Source of the DNA: a virus
Taxonomy: Duplodnaviria > Caudoviricetes
DNA length: 56,376 nucleotides
Virus record (IMG/VR): IMGVR_UViG_3300036715_000633
Location: 1-56,376 of that record
Strand: one strand, 5' to 3'
The notes beneath the pieces were generated by a model, which was not told the origin of the DNA, did not search any database, and saw nothing but the letters and a program-made list of their open reading frames with translations. Of this stretch, positions 45,671 to 55,319 are shown piece after piece; positions within the stretch are counted from its first letter, which is position 1; every line of letters starts with the position of its first letter. Position numbers and translations under genes: made by a program.

Positions 45671-45868
45671 TTAATTACAACCCAGTGCATCACACATTGC
45701 CTCAAACTTCTCCCGGGTCAGTGGTATGGTTTTAACACCCATTGGGCAGTCGGCGCGCTTTCCAGTGCGTGCGTCGATCAGGCCAACGCCGCGCAGCACG
45801 TACGCTGGGAATTCCTCGCCGGTGAAGGCGTCGATTGCTTTGTATCCGGTGGTGGCAGTTACGTTCAT
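45671..45868 (-). CDS. Hypothetical early protein
   Basis: AGGAG RBS; upstream TGG-CATAAT extended -10. Confidence 0.6.
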   Translation of the reverse strand: MNVTATTGYKAIDAFTGEEFPAYVLRGVGLIDARTGKRADCPMGVKTIPLTREKFEAMCDALGCN

Positions 45869-45997
45869 TTTATTTCTCCTGGTTAATGTGTGTCGATGTA
45901 GTTACATTATGCCAATAAAAAAGGAAACGCAAGCATTTCCTTTTAATTACACATCAACGCACTAATGTGTGGCATTTATACATGACCACATTAATCG

Positions 45998-46207
45998 TCA
46001 CTGCTGGAACAACGCAATCCGCATATTTAGGATCCGGCGATATCCCTGCATGTGTACCAGCTGCACGCTCAATAGGCGCTGTTCATCCCCTGGCAAGGTT
46101 TTGTAAATATTGCCGTAAATGAATGTGGACAATTTCGCTATCTTGGAATCCAGGTCGTTGAATTCGTCCACGACCCGTTGCTGGTGCGGCTGTAGATCAG
46201 AACTCAT
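45998..46207 (-). CDS. crAss001_48-like helical-hairpin protein (possible anti-defence sponge)
   Basis: GGAGG RBS; HQQRVVDEFNDLDSKIAKLSTFI...EQRLL..QL..M..Y..IL..RI..F. Confidence 0.65.
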   Translation of the reverse strand: MSSDLQPHQQRVVDEFNDLDSKIAKLSTFIYGNIYKTLPGDEQRLLSVQLVHMQGYRRILNMRIALFQQ

Positions 46208-46470
46208 ACCCGCGATCCTCCATGAATACGTGCAGCACATAATTACCACCTTCGAGCAAAGTCGTGCCCACAAAGTCCCAGTTACCTTCGGGCACATCTT
46301 CGCCCGTCAACAGCGCGACAATGCGAACAGGGTCCAGCGGAGCGTCGGGGGTCACACTTCGCCCACATCATTGGCATACCGAACTGCACGGCTAGGGATA
46401 AAACTTTTGCACCGCGAGGCAGCAAAATAACGCATTCCCGCAACTTGACTGGATATTTAAAAACTTTCAT
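46197..46470 (-). pseudogene. Conserved-looking small phage gene interrupted by a +1 frameshift in a C5 run
   Basis: MKVFKYP...LPRGAKVLSLAVQFGMPMMWAKCDP, then the +1 frame DAPLDPVRIVALLTGEDVP...FVGT...GNYVLHVF. Confidence 0.55.
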
Positions 46471-46487
46471 GGCACCCCCTTTTATCC

Positions 46488-46700
46488 CTACACAATAGCA
46501 GCGCGCACGCGTGCCGACAAATAATCTTGAGCAATGGAAGGAACCTTCTCCAGCCCAATGACGGCGTGAAACTGCATACCGGAGAAATCGTGCCACCAGT
46601 ATGAACGACTGCGGTCCACGCGTGCGTAATACACATCGATACCTGGGACTGTTACTGCCTGGACCTTATCGCATGGCTCGACAATAATTAGTATTTTCAT
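46488..46700 (-). CDS. Hypothetical protein
   Basis: ATGA-coupled to the upstream ORF. Confidence 0.45.
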   Translation of the reverse strand: MKILIIVEPCDKVQAVTVPGIDVYYARVDRSRSYWWHDFSGMQFHAVIGLEKVPSIAQDYLSARVRAAIV

Positions 46701-46894
46701 TGCGGCACCTTTTTGCAGTACCGACGAATCGCCATGTTATATGCGTAAAAAGGATCGGTGCCCAGGCTTTTGTGTTCCCACAAAACATCGTCACGCACGC
46801 GCACAGTTTCCTCGGGTGAGCAAATGTAACTCCCGCGCAGGTCCTCGGTGCAACCCATCAGCAGCAGGGCGCCGATAATAAGGCCCGCTTTCAT
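46697..46894 (-). CDS. Small putative lipoprotein
   Basis: MKAGLIIGALLLMG-C, lipobox-like signal. Confidence 0.5.
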   Translation of the reverse strand: MKAGLIIGALLLMGCTEDLRGSYICSPEETVRVRDDVLWEHKSLGTDPFYAYNMAIRRYCKKVPQ

Positions 46895-47925
46895 TGCACC
46901 ACCTTCGCTTCCTCTTCGCGCATTTCCTTCCAGCGCTCCATCGTGTCGATTACGTCCTGCACATCATGCGCGGCATCTTTCGCACCACGACCGCCCAGCA
47001 CCATTAGCTTTTTAAGCGCATGGAACACGTTAGGATCCTTGATGTCATATACGACACCCAGGCGATAAGGGTCGATGCTGTCGAACGGGAATGGGCGATA
47101 ATAGTGGTTGTGCTTGCGTGGCGGTTTAGTGACCACATGAGGCTCAGGGTACATCGCTGCTGGCGTAGGCAGCATTTGCGCAGGCGCTCCCATGCGAACT
47201 TTCGCCAGTTCGTTAATCGCCGCAACTGCTGCACCGCCATACGTCGCGCTTTCGTGCTGTTCCCAACCTGGCACGATATTATCCAGCGCTGCTGCGACGG
47301 CTCGAAACGCTTCCGATTCGGAGCGGGTTATGTGAGGTGAACTGCGAACAAACGCCAACTGCGCCTCGAGGTCACGGATCTTTTCTTCCAGCGGTTGCTT
47401 GTTGGTTTGTTCGAGGTGTAAGGCAACTTCGGTTTTTTCAAGATCCACACCCCAGCCACGTAGCATGTTTGACAACGGGGTGTCGGTATGTGCCGACAAC
47501 AGTTCCGCGGTTCCATTTTGGCGCACTAAGTTGCGGCCGCTTTGGTATGTGGCGCGCATGTTGTCGCGGTCCTCTTGGCTTGTTGCCATAAATTCTTTAG
47601 TAATCACTTTTTTAATTTCCTCGGTGGTACGTTTAGGTGGGAACTGGCATTTGCACAATTCGTCAATTTTCACAAGCGCGTCACAACGCTGGCAAAGGAA
47701 ATGATTCTGCGCAGGGCGCCATTGTGCAACGTGGGTGGAGCCCTTACGCCATGCAAGGGTATTTGCGAAAACGCCATCCTTGCGGCCATTGTCTTTGAAA
47801 ATAACATCGATCACGCGAGGCAGCTTTGCAAGCGTACATTCGTGCGCATCGTATGGCCTGAATTCGTTATCCATATTTAACCTTTCGTTGGTTGGAATTG
47901 GGCTGACATCCTCGCGGTTAATCAC
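46891..47925 (-). CDS. Mosaic hypothetical protein with conserved C-terminal phage domain (DUF3310-related)
   Basis: C-terminal HNHYY...IDPYRL...HALKKL...GGRGAKD...D. Confidence 0.55.
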   Translation of the reverse strand: MINREDVSPIPTNERLNMDNEFRPYDAHECTLAKLPRVIDVIFKDNGRKDGVFANTLAWRKGSTHVAQWRPAQNHFLCQRCDALVKIDELCKCQFPPKRTTEEIKKVITKEFMATSQEDRDNMRATYQSGRNLVRQNGTAELLSAHTDTPLSNMLRGWGVDLEKTEVALHLEQTNKQPLEEKIRDLEAQLAFVRSSPHITRSESEAFRAVAAALDNIVPGWEQHESATYGGAAVAAINELAKVRMGAPAQMLPTPAAMYPEPHVVTKPPRKHNHYYRPFPFDSIDPYRLGVVYDIKDPNVFHALKKLMVLGGRGAKDAAHDVQDVIDTMERWKEMREEEAKVVQ

Positions 47926-48329
47926 CCCTCCTCGTTAATCAAGTTACGCGGCATCCTTCCCAGGGTATCGCGTAGTGCCAAGGAACGAATCCCTAACCAA
48001 GTCGTCAATCTGCACATTGACGGCTGCGCATTCGTGCAGTACGCAGGCTTTATATTTAGTCGCCTCGTTTGAGTGGCAGGCGCGCCCGATAGTCCCAACA
48101 ATTCAGATTGCTACCATAGCCCTTGGGCGGGCGTATCCTGCTTCCGATACTTTGCAGTTACGGAACAGGCGTCAAGGTGCAGGTTCGCGTTTCAATGGTC
48201 CCCATCAGCACGAACAAATAATATCATGCTAGGCACGCCAATTGTTGTGCCAATGTGCAGAGCCGATGGATTGATATGGTGACCACATGGAACCGCACAT
48301 AAATACCGCCAAATCCGCGGGAAACCTGT

Positions 48330-48690
48330 TAATGATAAAGCAACCCACTAAAAAATAACGCTTTATAATCAAGGACTTAGGTATAGTTATCCCGAACTTA
48401 TTCACAAAGTTACCCACAGAAACGGACTTTTGCGATCACCAAGAATAAACCTATTCTCATAGGAGAATATAAAAAAAATTATCTTGGTTATTACTTTAGA
48501 GGGGGGTGTACCCCCTAAAAAAACTTTTTTTTCTACGAAAAAATAAAGTTTCACGGGTACTCTAAAGAATAAACGCTAATTTTACTAAAGTTGTATTACA
48601 AGCTGTAATGCATACTACGAACCCTTGCTAACGCTTGTATTATTTTTCCTGCGCGATAAAATAGTTATCCACAGCCTAACCTTACTACTG
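48330..48690. promoter_or_regulatory. AT-rich divergent intergenic region with DnaA boxes; candidate replication origin / control region
   Basis: TTATTCACA 48398-48406, TTACCCACA 48410-48418, TTATCCACA 48665-48673; A/T runs; gene orientation switches here. Confidence 0.6.
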
Positions 48691-48698
48691 GAGGAAAT

Positions 48699-49331
48699 AT
48701 GACGACAGACCTTGCCAACTTACGCGATAAATACAAATCCCCTGAGCTACTTGCCAGCTATATTGCATCGGCCAATTGGAAGCCAGAAGCCGTTAAGGAC
48801 CTCACTCCCGACGAAACCGAGTGGCTTATATATCACTTGCAACGACGCGAACGGTTCAACAAGTACAACGCAGGCGATATGTCCTGCATCAACGAAGTGT
48901 CCAAGATGATGGGCACAATCATGCCCCCTGTTGAATGTACCGAAATGCTTACGATGATTGCCAAGTGTGTCGCAATCGACAAACTCGCCGACCGTCCTGA
49001 TATGCGTTATATCAACAGGGCAGCGCTTGAAGACATCATGTGGTCACGGTATGCACAAACGGGCGAGGGTGGTTCCGACGATGCGATACAACGCCCCGTG
49101 AACGAAGAAACACCGATCGACCCTGAACCCAAAAAGCCATCCGTTGCGTCCGAAGAAATCGAACAAGCGAATACACTGTGGCGCGAAGCCATCAGAAACC
49201 GCGCACAAGCCCGAACGGACTGGACGACCTACATTGAGACCATTCAAGCACAGAAACGCGACAGCTTGCGGCAATGGGATGAATATGTGGAAACGCGGCG
49301 CAAGCAATACGCGAGGCTGCGTAGCCAGTAG
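48699..49331 (+). CDS. Hypothetical protein, first gene of the replication arm
   Basis: GGAGG RBS; C-terminal coiled coil. Confidence 0.65.
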   Translation: MTTDLANLRDKYKSPELLASYIASANWKPEAVKDLTPDETEWLIYHLQRRERFNKYNAGDMSCINEVSKMMGTIMPPVECTEMLTMIAKCVAIDKLADRPDMRYINRAALEDIMWSRYAQTGEGGSDDAIQRPVNEETPIDPEPKKPSVASEEIEQANTLWREAIRNRAQARTDWTTYIETIQAQKRDSLRQWDEYVETRRKQYARLRSQ

Positions 49332-49386
49332 GTTGTTGGCAGTTTAAGGTTGTAATATAGTGCATGTCTTGAATAAGGAATCTGAT

Positions 49387-49608
49387 ATGACAGCGCAAGA
49401 ACGATTTAACGCGACATACATTTCCTCCACGGAAATCATGCGCGACCTGGGGATTAGCCGCACGGCGCTATCTGCCGCACGCCGCTCGGGTCGCCTCAAA
49501 GATCCCATTATCTTGATGAATGGTTTGGCAGTGTTCTATGAACGCGAACAAGTTGCCGAGCATGTCAAACTGTGGAAGAAAACTATTGAGGCGCGGCGCA
49601 ATGTCTGA
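49387..49608 (+). CDS. Small HTH DNA-binding protein (AlpA/excisionase-like)
   Basis: YISSTEIMRDLGISRTALSAARRSGRL..P. Confidence 0.65.
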   Translation: MTAQERFNATYISSTEIMRDLGISRTALSAARRSGRLKDPIILMNGLAVFYEREQVAEHVKLWKKTIEARRNV

Positions 49609-51943
49609 ACTCTGGGAAAACATACCAACAGAATTGATTTGGACACCTCAATGGTGTTTAGCAGGGCCTAACGAACTGGGACAAATGAAAGTCCCGATGA
49701 CTGTTCATGGCACGAAAGCGAAATCAAACGATCCGACAACATGGACGACGTTCCAGAATGCCTGCGATGCTGCGATTGCACGGGGCTGGGGTATCGGCTT
49801 TGTTCTAAGTGCCAATGATCCTTATAGCGTCATTGACTTGGACGTTAAGGATGCTGATAACCTTCCCGATAAACCTGAGAAGTGGACGACGCCTGAACAG
49901 TTGGCGCGATATGCTTCGATTGTCGAATCGTTCAGTAGTTACACCGAGGTATCGACTTCGGGTAAAGGTGTCCACATTTGGCTGCTGGCGAATATCGGCA
50001 TGGGTCGCAAGCGCGAAGGGATTGAGGTTTATAGTCAGGAGCGGTTTATTGTCTGCACGGGTAACGTGTATGTGCAAAGCGATATCCTCGACCGGCAGGA
50101 CATGCTTTCCAATATGGTTTCCCAGATGGAGACTTTGGACGCGCACGCTGACGCCGACGACTGGGTGGACGGTGAGCAAAGCAAAGAGGATATGGAACTG
50201 GTCGAACAGTTATCCTCGCAAGAGAATGGCGCGAAGTTTTCGGAACTGTACGCAGGCAACTGGAGCCAGTTCGGGTACCCGTCGCAGTCTGAGGCTGATT
50301 TTGCGTTGATGTCCATGTTTGCGTTTGTGACGGATAACGATGCGCAGTGCTTGCGACTGTTCCGCAGTAGTGGGTTGGGTAAGCGCGACAAGGCGACTAA
50401 GAATGATGCGTACCTGACGAAACGATGCTTGGCGCCTATTCGCCGTCGTCAGATGGACGAACGGGCTGCGATTGCGCACGGGCAGGCTATGGCTGCTGCG
50501 ATGATGTCGGGCTCCCAGGCTTTGATTGCTTCGATCAATGCGGGTGAGACTAACTTAATTAATCCGCCTGAGGTGAGCGCTGCTGACGATTACGTGGTAC
50601 CTGAGGTGGGTAACGCTGAAACGACTTTGCCATGGCCTCCTGGGAATGCGGGCAATCTCGCTTATGTGCTGTACCAGAATCTGCGGCGCCCTGTTCCCGA
50701 GGTCGCTATTATTTCCGTCCTGGGTCTGCTGGCGGGTATTGCGGGTAAGGCGTATAAGACGGAATCCGATTCGGGTTTAAATAATTACTTTGTTTTGATT
50801 GCCCGATCTGGCGTAGGTAAGGAAGGGATGCACGATAGTATTAATTATGTACTCCATTCCATGATGTCGGGCGGGTATAACGCTTCGATTGCGAAATACG
50901 TGGATATGAGTGAGTACGCATCGGGGCAGGCTTTGATGAAGGCGGTTACCGAAAAGAATTGCTTCCTCAACGTTACAGGGGAATTCGGGCGTAAGCTGAA
51001 ATTGTTGGCGCTCGACAACGCGCCGGCACCGACGCAAATGATCCGCACCGCAATGACGAATTACTATTCCAAGTCGTCCACAAATTCAGTTGTTGGCGGG
51101 TTAGGGTACAGCGACAAGGAAAAGAATACCGCTTCGGTTACAGGCGTTGCATACAGCATGGTTGGCGAGACTACGCCCGACACGTTCAACGAATCGCTGA
51201 CCACTTCCATGATGCAAGATGGTTTCCTTTCGCGGTTCGTTATGATCTCCTACGAAGGTCTGCGCCCTCCTCTGAACCTGAATCCCAAGCTGCCGATACC
51301 GCCGCACCTATTAACTGCATTGTCTTGGCTTGTTGCGGGTGCAGATGGCGCGGGCCCTTACTTCGTAAAATGCACGGAAGAGGCACGGGCGTATCTGCGC
51401 AAATTCTCCCAACACTGCGACGACCTCATAAACGGGCCATTGCGGGATGATGATTCGCAGATTCAAATGTGGAGCCGTGCAGAGTTGAAGGCTTGGCGTA
51501 TGGGTTCGTCGCTTGCCACATTCGACAATCCCCAGGACCCCGTAATGACGCTTGACCACATCGAATGGGCTTTGATGGTCGTACAGCGCGACATCGACAA
51601 CATGACCCGCAAACTCAAAAACGGCGACGTTGGTACGGGTGACACTCAACGCGAAGAAAAGCTGGTACAAATCTGCATTGACTACTGCAAGGCGGCAAGC
51701 ATCCCGCCGGGGTATTCTGTCCCCAAGGACATGCACAAACGTGGCGTGGTGTCGCGCACGTACTTACAGCGCAAGGTCCAGCGCGTGAATTCGTTCACCA
51801 GCCACAAGCTAGGCTTTAATAACGCATTCGATGGTGCCATCCGTAATCTTTGCACCAATGGGCAATTGAAGGAAATCCCGTCTGCCGTTGCGTTGAAGGA
51901 TTACGGTTTTAGTGGTAAGTGTTTCGCCATCACGATTCGGTAA
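49601..51943 (+). CDS. Primase-polymerase (NrS-1-like AEP) fused to helicase-like ATPase (DUF3987-type)
   Basis: GIGFVL..IDLD, YTEVSTSGKGVH, IEVY, SQSEADFAL, Walker A ARSGVGKE, GFLSRF. Confidence 0.85.
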   Translation: MSELWENIPTELIWTPQWCLAGPNELGQMKVPMTVHGTKAKSNDPTTWTTFQNACDAAIARGWGIGFVLSANDPYSVIDLDVKDADNLPDKPEKWTTPEQLARYASIVESFSSYTEVSTSGKGVHIWLLANIGMGRKREGIEVYSQERFIVCTGNVYVQSDILDRQDMLSNMVSQMETLDAHADADDWVDGEQSKEDMELVEQLSSQENGAKFSELYAGNWSQFGYPSQSEADFALMSMFAFVTDNDAQCLRLFRSSGLGKRDKATKNDAYLTKRCLAPIRRRQMDERAAIAHGQAMAAAMMSGSQALIASINAGETNLINPPEVSAADDYVVPEVGNAETTLPWPPGNAGNLAYVLYQNLRRPVPEVAIISVLGLLAGIAGKAYKTESDSGLNNYFVLIARSGVGKEGMHDSINYVLHSMMSGGYNASIAKYVDMSEYASGQALMKAVTEKNCFLNVTGEFGRKLKLLALDNAPAPTQMIRTAMTNYYSKSSTNSVVGGLGYSDKEKNTASVTGVAYSMVGETTPDTFNESLTTSMMQDGFLSRFVMISYEGLRPPLNLNPKLPIPPHLLTALSWLVAGADGAGPYFVKCTEEARAYLRKFSQHCDDLINGPLRDDDSQIQMWSRAELKAWRMGSSLATFDNPQDPVMTLDHIEWALMVVQRDIDNMTRKLKNGDVGTGDTQREEKLVQICIDYCKAASIPPGYSVPKDMHKRGVVSRTYLQRKVQRVNSFTSHKLGFNNAFDGAIRNLCTNGQLKEIPSAVALKDYGFSGKCFAITIR

Positions 51944-51999
51944 GTTTGATGGTTTACGCTTGCAATGCTAACATTGCATTTATTAACAAGGAGAACGAC

Positions 52000-52494
52000 A
52001 TGGCAGAAATTATTAAACCTGAACCGAGCCTCGAGGAACTGTTGGAATGGGACAAACTCAAACGACAGATTGCCGATTTTAAACCGACCATCGATCTGGA
52101 AATGGCTATGCGGAAACGTATCGCCAAATCCTTCTTCCATGAGCCGAAAGAGGGCGCGAACAAATACCCGCTCCACGAAGGCTGGGTCCTCGAATTCACC
52201 AACAACATCGACCGCAAGTTCGACCTGCCCGCGTTGACTGCTGGTAAGGCAATGCTGCTGGAAAACAAAATACCTGTGGATGCGTTGATCGAATGGGAAC
52301 CTAAACTGGTAACGAAAGCATACCGCGAACTGACCGAGGAACAGCGCCAATTGTTCGATTCAGTGTTGATCGTGAAACCTGCATCACCGACGCTGAAAAT
52401 TGTATTGCCCGCAAAAGCTGCTGCCGCGCAAGCAATGAAAAAGGCGCAGGAAGCCCTCGCCCCAACTGACACCGCAACCGAAAATCCGCAATGA
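52000..52494 (+). CDS. Conserved-looking phage hypothetical protein in the replication cluster
   Basis: AAGGAG RBS with ATG 52000; upstream TTGATG-17-TAACAT. Confidence 0.7.
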   Translation: MAEIIKPEPSLEELLEWDKLKRQIADFKPTIDLEMAMRKRIAKSFFHEPKEGANKYPLHEGWVLEFTNNIDRKFDLPALTAGKAMLLENKIPVDALIEWEPKLVTKAYRELTEEQRQLFDSVLIVKPASPTLKIVLPAKAAAAQAMKKAQEALAPTDTATENPQ

Positions 52495-52558
52495 CATACG
52501 ATCCATCTATCCACGAAGTTCGACGCAAACCCGACCCACAACCTGAAAGCGATCCAAA

Positions 52559-52714
52559 ATGAAAACCGTAACTAAAGTTGCCTACCCTAAGCGTTTGCAC
52601 ATCGTCGCACTGTTGGCAAATAACATTCGTCCAATGCCTGCGCTGGTGATTGTATCTAGCCGTGCCGGTGTTGTGGATACCTACCCTATCTACCCGCAAA
52701 TGGCAGGGCGCTAA
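52559..52714 (+). CDS. Possible 51-aa hypothetical protein
   Basis: MKTVTKVAYP...QMAGR fills the gap and ends just before the ligase ATG. Confidence 0.35.
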   Translation: MKTVTKVAYPKRLHIVALLANNIRPMPALVIVSSRAGVVDTYPIYPQMAGR

Positions 52715-52715
52715 C

Positions 52716-53636
52716 ATGGCGACCCGAATCCTGCCCATGCTGGCGTCAGACTGCGACGAAAAGAAACGCCGGTATCCGTGCCTCGTGCAGCCTAAGGTTG
52801 ACGGTGTGCGCGGTTTGTTCATTGATCCCGACAAAGGTATGGTCGGGCGCAGCCTAAAGCCTCACGCGAACGAATACACGACCAAGCGGTTCAGTGCTCC
52901 CGAGTTTTACGGTATCGATGGTGAATTGATTGCCGAGGCACAAAACCATCCCGACCTCTGCCGTTTGACCACAAGTGCCGTCAGCACGATCAAAGGTGAG
53001 CCTGCGGTTAGCTGGGTCGTATTTGACCTTATCAACGATTACACGATTGGCCTGCCCTACGAACAGCGTCTAGAACAATTGACGCTCAAAGTAGACGCGA
53101 TGCACAGCCAAGGGCGCTGGCCCGATGTGCAGGTCATTCAGTCGTTTGTGGTCAACGACTTGGAAAGCTATAACAAGCTGAAGGACTGGATTCTTGGCTC
53201 TAATTACGAAGGCACGATTATTCGAGACATCCAGGGCGCCTACAAGAGTGGTAGGTCCACTGTCAAGGAAGGCGGTTTGTTGCGGGATAAAGGCTTCACA
53301 GAGGGCGAGTTTTACGTGACCGGTATCCGTGAGGGTATGCGCAACGAAAACGAGGCTACTGAGGATCCTCGCGGTTATACTGAACGTTCCAGCCATGCCG
53401 AAAACATGATCCCTAACGGGATGGTTGGCGCGTTGGAAGGTACTGACGCAATCACTGGGCAGGCTATTGTGGTTTCGGCAGGTTGCATGACTCACGCCGA
53501 ACGCTTACAATACTTTCAACAGCCCGCACTAATCATCGGCAAACTGGCGAAATATAAATACTTTGCCAAGGGCGTGAAAGACCTGCCGCGATTCCCAACA
53601 TTCCAAAGCCTTCGGGCTGAAAGCGATTACAAATGA
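52716..53636 (+). CDS. ATP-dependent DNA ligase
   Basis: PMLA, KVDGVR (KxDG), DGEL, FD, YEGTIIR, RFPTF. Confidence 0.92.
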   Translation: MATRILPMLASDCDEKKRRYPCLVQPKVDGVRGLFIDPDKGMVGRSLKPHANEYTTKRFSAPEFYGIDGELIAEAQNHPDLCRLTTSAVSTIKGEPAVSWVVFDLINDYTIGLPYEQRLEQLTLKVDAMHSQGRWPDVQVIQSFVVNDLESYNKLKDWILGSNYEGTIIRDIQGAYKSGRSTVKEGGLLRDKGFTEGEFYVTGIREGMRNENEATEDPRGYTERSSHAENMIPNGMVGALEGTDAITGQAIVVSAGCMTHAERLQYFQQPALIIGKLAKYKYFAKGVKDLPRFPTFQSLRAESDYK

Positions 53637-54460
53637 CCAGCATCCTTGCAGGGATTACAAATTCATCACAAAGCACAACTGGTATCCGTGCCGTTGTTGC
53701 TGGTGTTGAAAAGATCGGCAAAACGACGTTTGCGACGAGTGCGCCGCGTGCGTTGTTGATTCCTCTTGAAACAGGTTATGGCGGTGTAGTCGTTCAGAAA
53801 ACGGAAATGCTGACGACGTTTGCGCAAGTCATGGACCTGCTGGGCGAGATTGCCAACACTCCTAGTTTCCCATACAAGTCGTTGGTGTGGGATAGCGCGA
53901 CAGCGCTGGAGCGTTTGATCCACAACGCAGTTCTGGCACGCGATCCTAACTGGTCGCCGGGCAATAAAAAGACCGTCACTATGGATAGCGCGTTAGGTGG
54001 TTACGGAAAAGGCTATCAGTTCGCCAACGAACTTTTCGCCAAGTTCCTCGAAGCGTGCGACTGGTTGGCGATTAACCGTGGCATCAATATTATTTTGACC
54101 TGCCACGTGTTTGCGGGCAAACTGATCGACCCGACAGTTGGTGAATACGATACCTGGGACTTGCTGCTCCATTCGCCGAAGAACCAGAAGGCTTACGGGA
54201 AGCGCGAAATGCTAACCCAATGGGCTGATTTAATCGGTTTCCTCCACGATCCGATCTATATCACGAAAGGCGATTCGGTAACGCAAGGTATGAGTGCAAA
54301 CAAAGGCCGCGTTATGGGTATGAGCCGGACACCGGGGTACGTTGCGGGCAACCGTTACGGTATCACTGGCGAGATTCAAATCCCTGTAGATAAGGGATGG
54401 AACCAAATAGCGGGTGCAATTCATCAAAGCCGAGGGCTTGATTTTTTCAACCGCGACTGA
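53633..54460 (+). CDS. Sak4-like / AAA_24 recombination ATPase
   Basis: GVEKIGKTT, VWDS, GGYGKGY, WADLIGF; next to the SSB gene. Confidence 0.85.
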   Translation: MTSILAGITNSSQSTTGIRAVVAGVEKIGKTTFATSAPRALLIPLETGYGGVVVQKTEMLTTFAQVMDLLGEIANTPSFPYKSLVWDSATALERLIHNAVLARDPNWSPGNKKTVTMDSALGGYGKGYQFANELFAKFLEACDWLAINRGINIILTCHVFAGKLIDPTVGEYDTWDLLLHSPKNQKAYGKREMLTQWADLIGFLHDPIYITKGDSVTQGMSANKGRVMGMSRTPGYVAGNRYGITGEIQIPVDKGWNQIAGAIHQSRGLDFFNRD

Positions 54461-54517
54461 GCAATATGGTGTTTTCGACAGCCTTTTTTAAAATGTTGAA
54501 ACTTTAGGAGATTTAGA

Positions 54518-55282
54518 ATGGCCCAACTTAATTTTGATGCCCGCCAAGTAAAACCCGACGAAGGTCGCGTAGGCCCGATTCCTGCCGGCTGGTACCTGAT
54601 GGCGATCACCGAATCCGAAAACAAACCTGTCAACAATTCGCAAACCGGCGCCATGTATCTGGCTACCACGTTCACCGTGCTGGAAGGTCAGTACGCCGGT
54701 CGCAAAGTGTTTTTCAATTTCAACCTGCGCAACGACAATCCGAAAACCCAGGAAATCGCTTACGGTCAACTGTCGGCCGTCTGCCACGCCACGGGTCGTC
54801 TGACCGTTGGCGACTCGGTCGAACTGCACAACCTGCCGATGAAGGTTCGCGTGAAAATTCGCCCTGAACAGAAGGACGACAGCGGCAATGTGAAATACGA
54901 AGCATCCAACGATCTGTCGGCATTCAAGCAAGCCAACGACCCTTCGGCAGTTGACGCTCCAAGCGCTGCACCTAAAGGCCCGTCCGCAGGCCCTGCGCAG
55001 CCAGCGTTTGCTCCGCCGCCTGCCCCACAAGCTGCCCCAGCATGGCAACCGCCAGCAGCACAACAGGCACCACAACAGGCACCAGCACCTGCATGGCAAC
55101 CTCCTGCCCAACAGCAGTTCCAGCAGCCACAACAAGCGCCACAGCAAGCTGCACCGGCCCCAGCATGGCAACCACCGGCGCAGCAGCAGTTCCAGGCCCC
55201 TCAGCAGCAAGCACCGCAGCAGTTCCAAGCCCCTCAAGGTGCGCCGGCTCCAGCCGCTCCACCAGCCTGGGCGGGTCAGTAA
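54518..55282 (+). CDS. Single-stranded DNA-binding protein (DUF669-like) with P/Q/A-rich tail
   Basis: PIPAGWY, LEGQYAGRKVF.N.NL, QLSAVCHATG; repeated PAWQPPA units. Confidence 0.8.
   Translation: MAQLNFDARQVKPDEGRVGPIPAGWYLMAITESENKPVNNSQTGAMYLATTFTVLEGQYAGRKVFFNFNLRNDNPKTQEIAYGQLSAVCHATGRLTVGDSVELHNLPMKVRVKIRPEQKDDSGNVKYEASNDLSAFKQANDPSAVDAPSAAPKGPSAGPAQPAFAPPPAPQAAPAWQPPAAQQAPQQAPAPAWQPPAQQQFQQPQQAPQQAAPAPAWQPPAQQQFQAPQQQAPQQFQAPQGAPAPAAPPAWAGQ
55020..55275 (+). repeat. Imperfect tandem coding repeats (PAWQPPAQQQ)
   Basis: GCATGGCAACC recurs three times within CAG/CCA-rich units. Confidence 0.7.
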
Positions 55283-55291
55283 TATTACGGC

Positions 55292-55319
55292 GTGGCGTTA
55301 ATTATTAGCGCCACTTTTT
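55292..55319 (+). terminator. Intrinsic terminator after ssb
   Basis: GTGGCGTTAA-TTA-TTAGCGCCAC-TTTTT. Confidence 0.7.

Noticed and set aside
47975-48417. Short ORFs next to the intergenic control region
   Set aside because: No convincing RBS or protein-like features; left uncalled.
49387-49608. Excisionase implying a temperate lifestyle
   Set aside because: No integrase, att-like context or partition genes recognised. It is more likely a replication-linked HTH protein.
54488-55237. 249-aa Leu/Cys/Trp-rich - strand ORF
   Set aside because: Antisense translation of the SSB gene and its CAG/CCA repeats.
55020-55275. Repeats as a mini CRISPR array
   Set aside because: Imperfect, in-frame coding repeats with no unique constant-length spacers.
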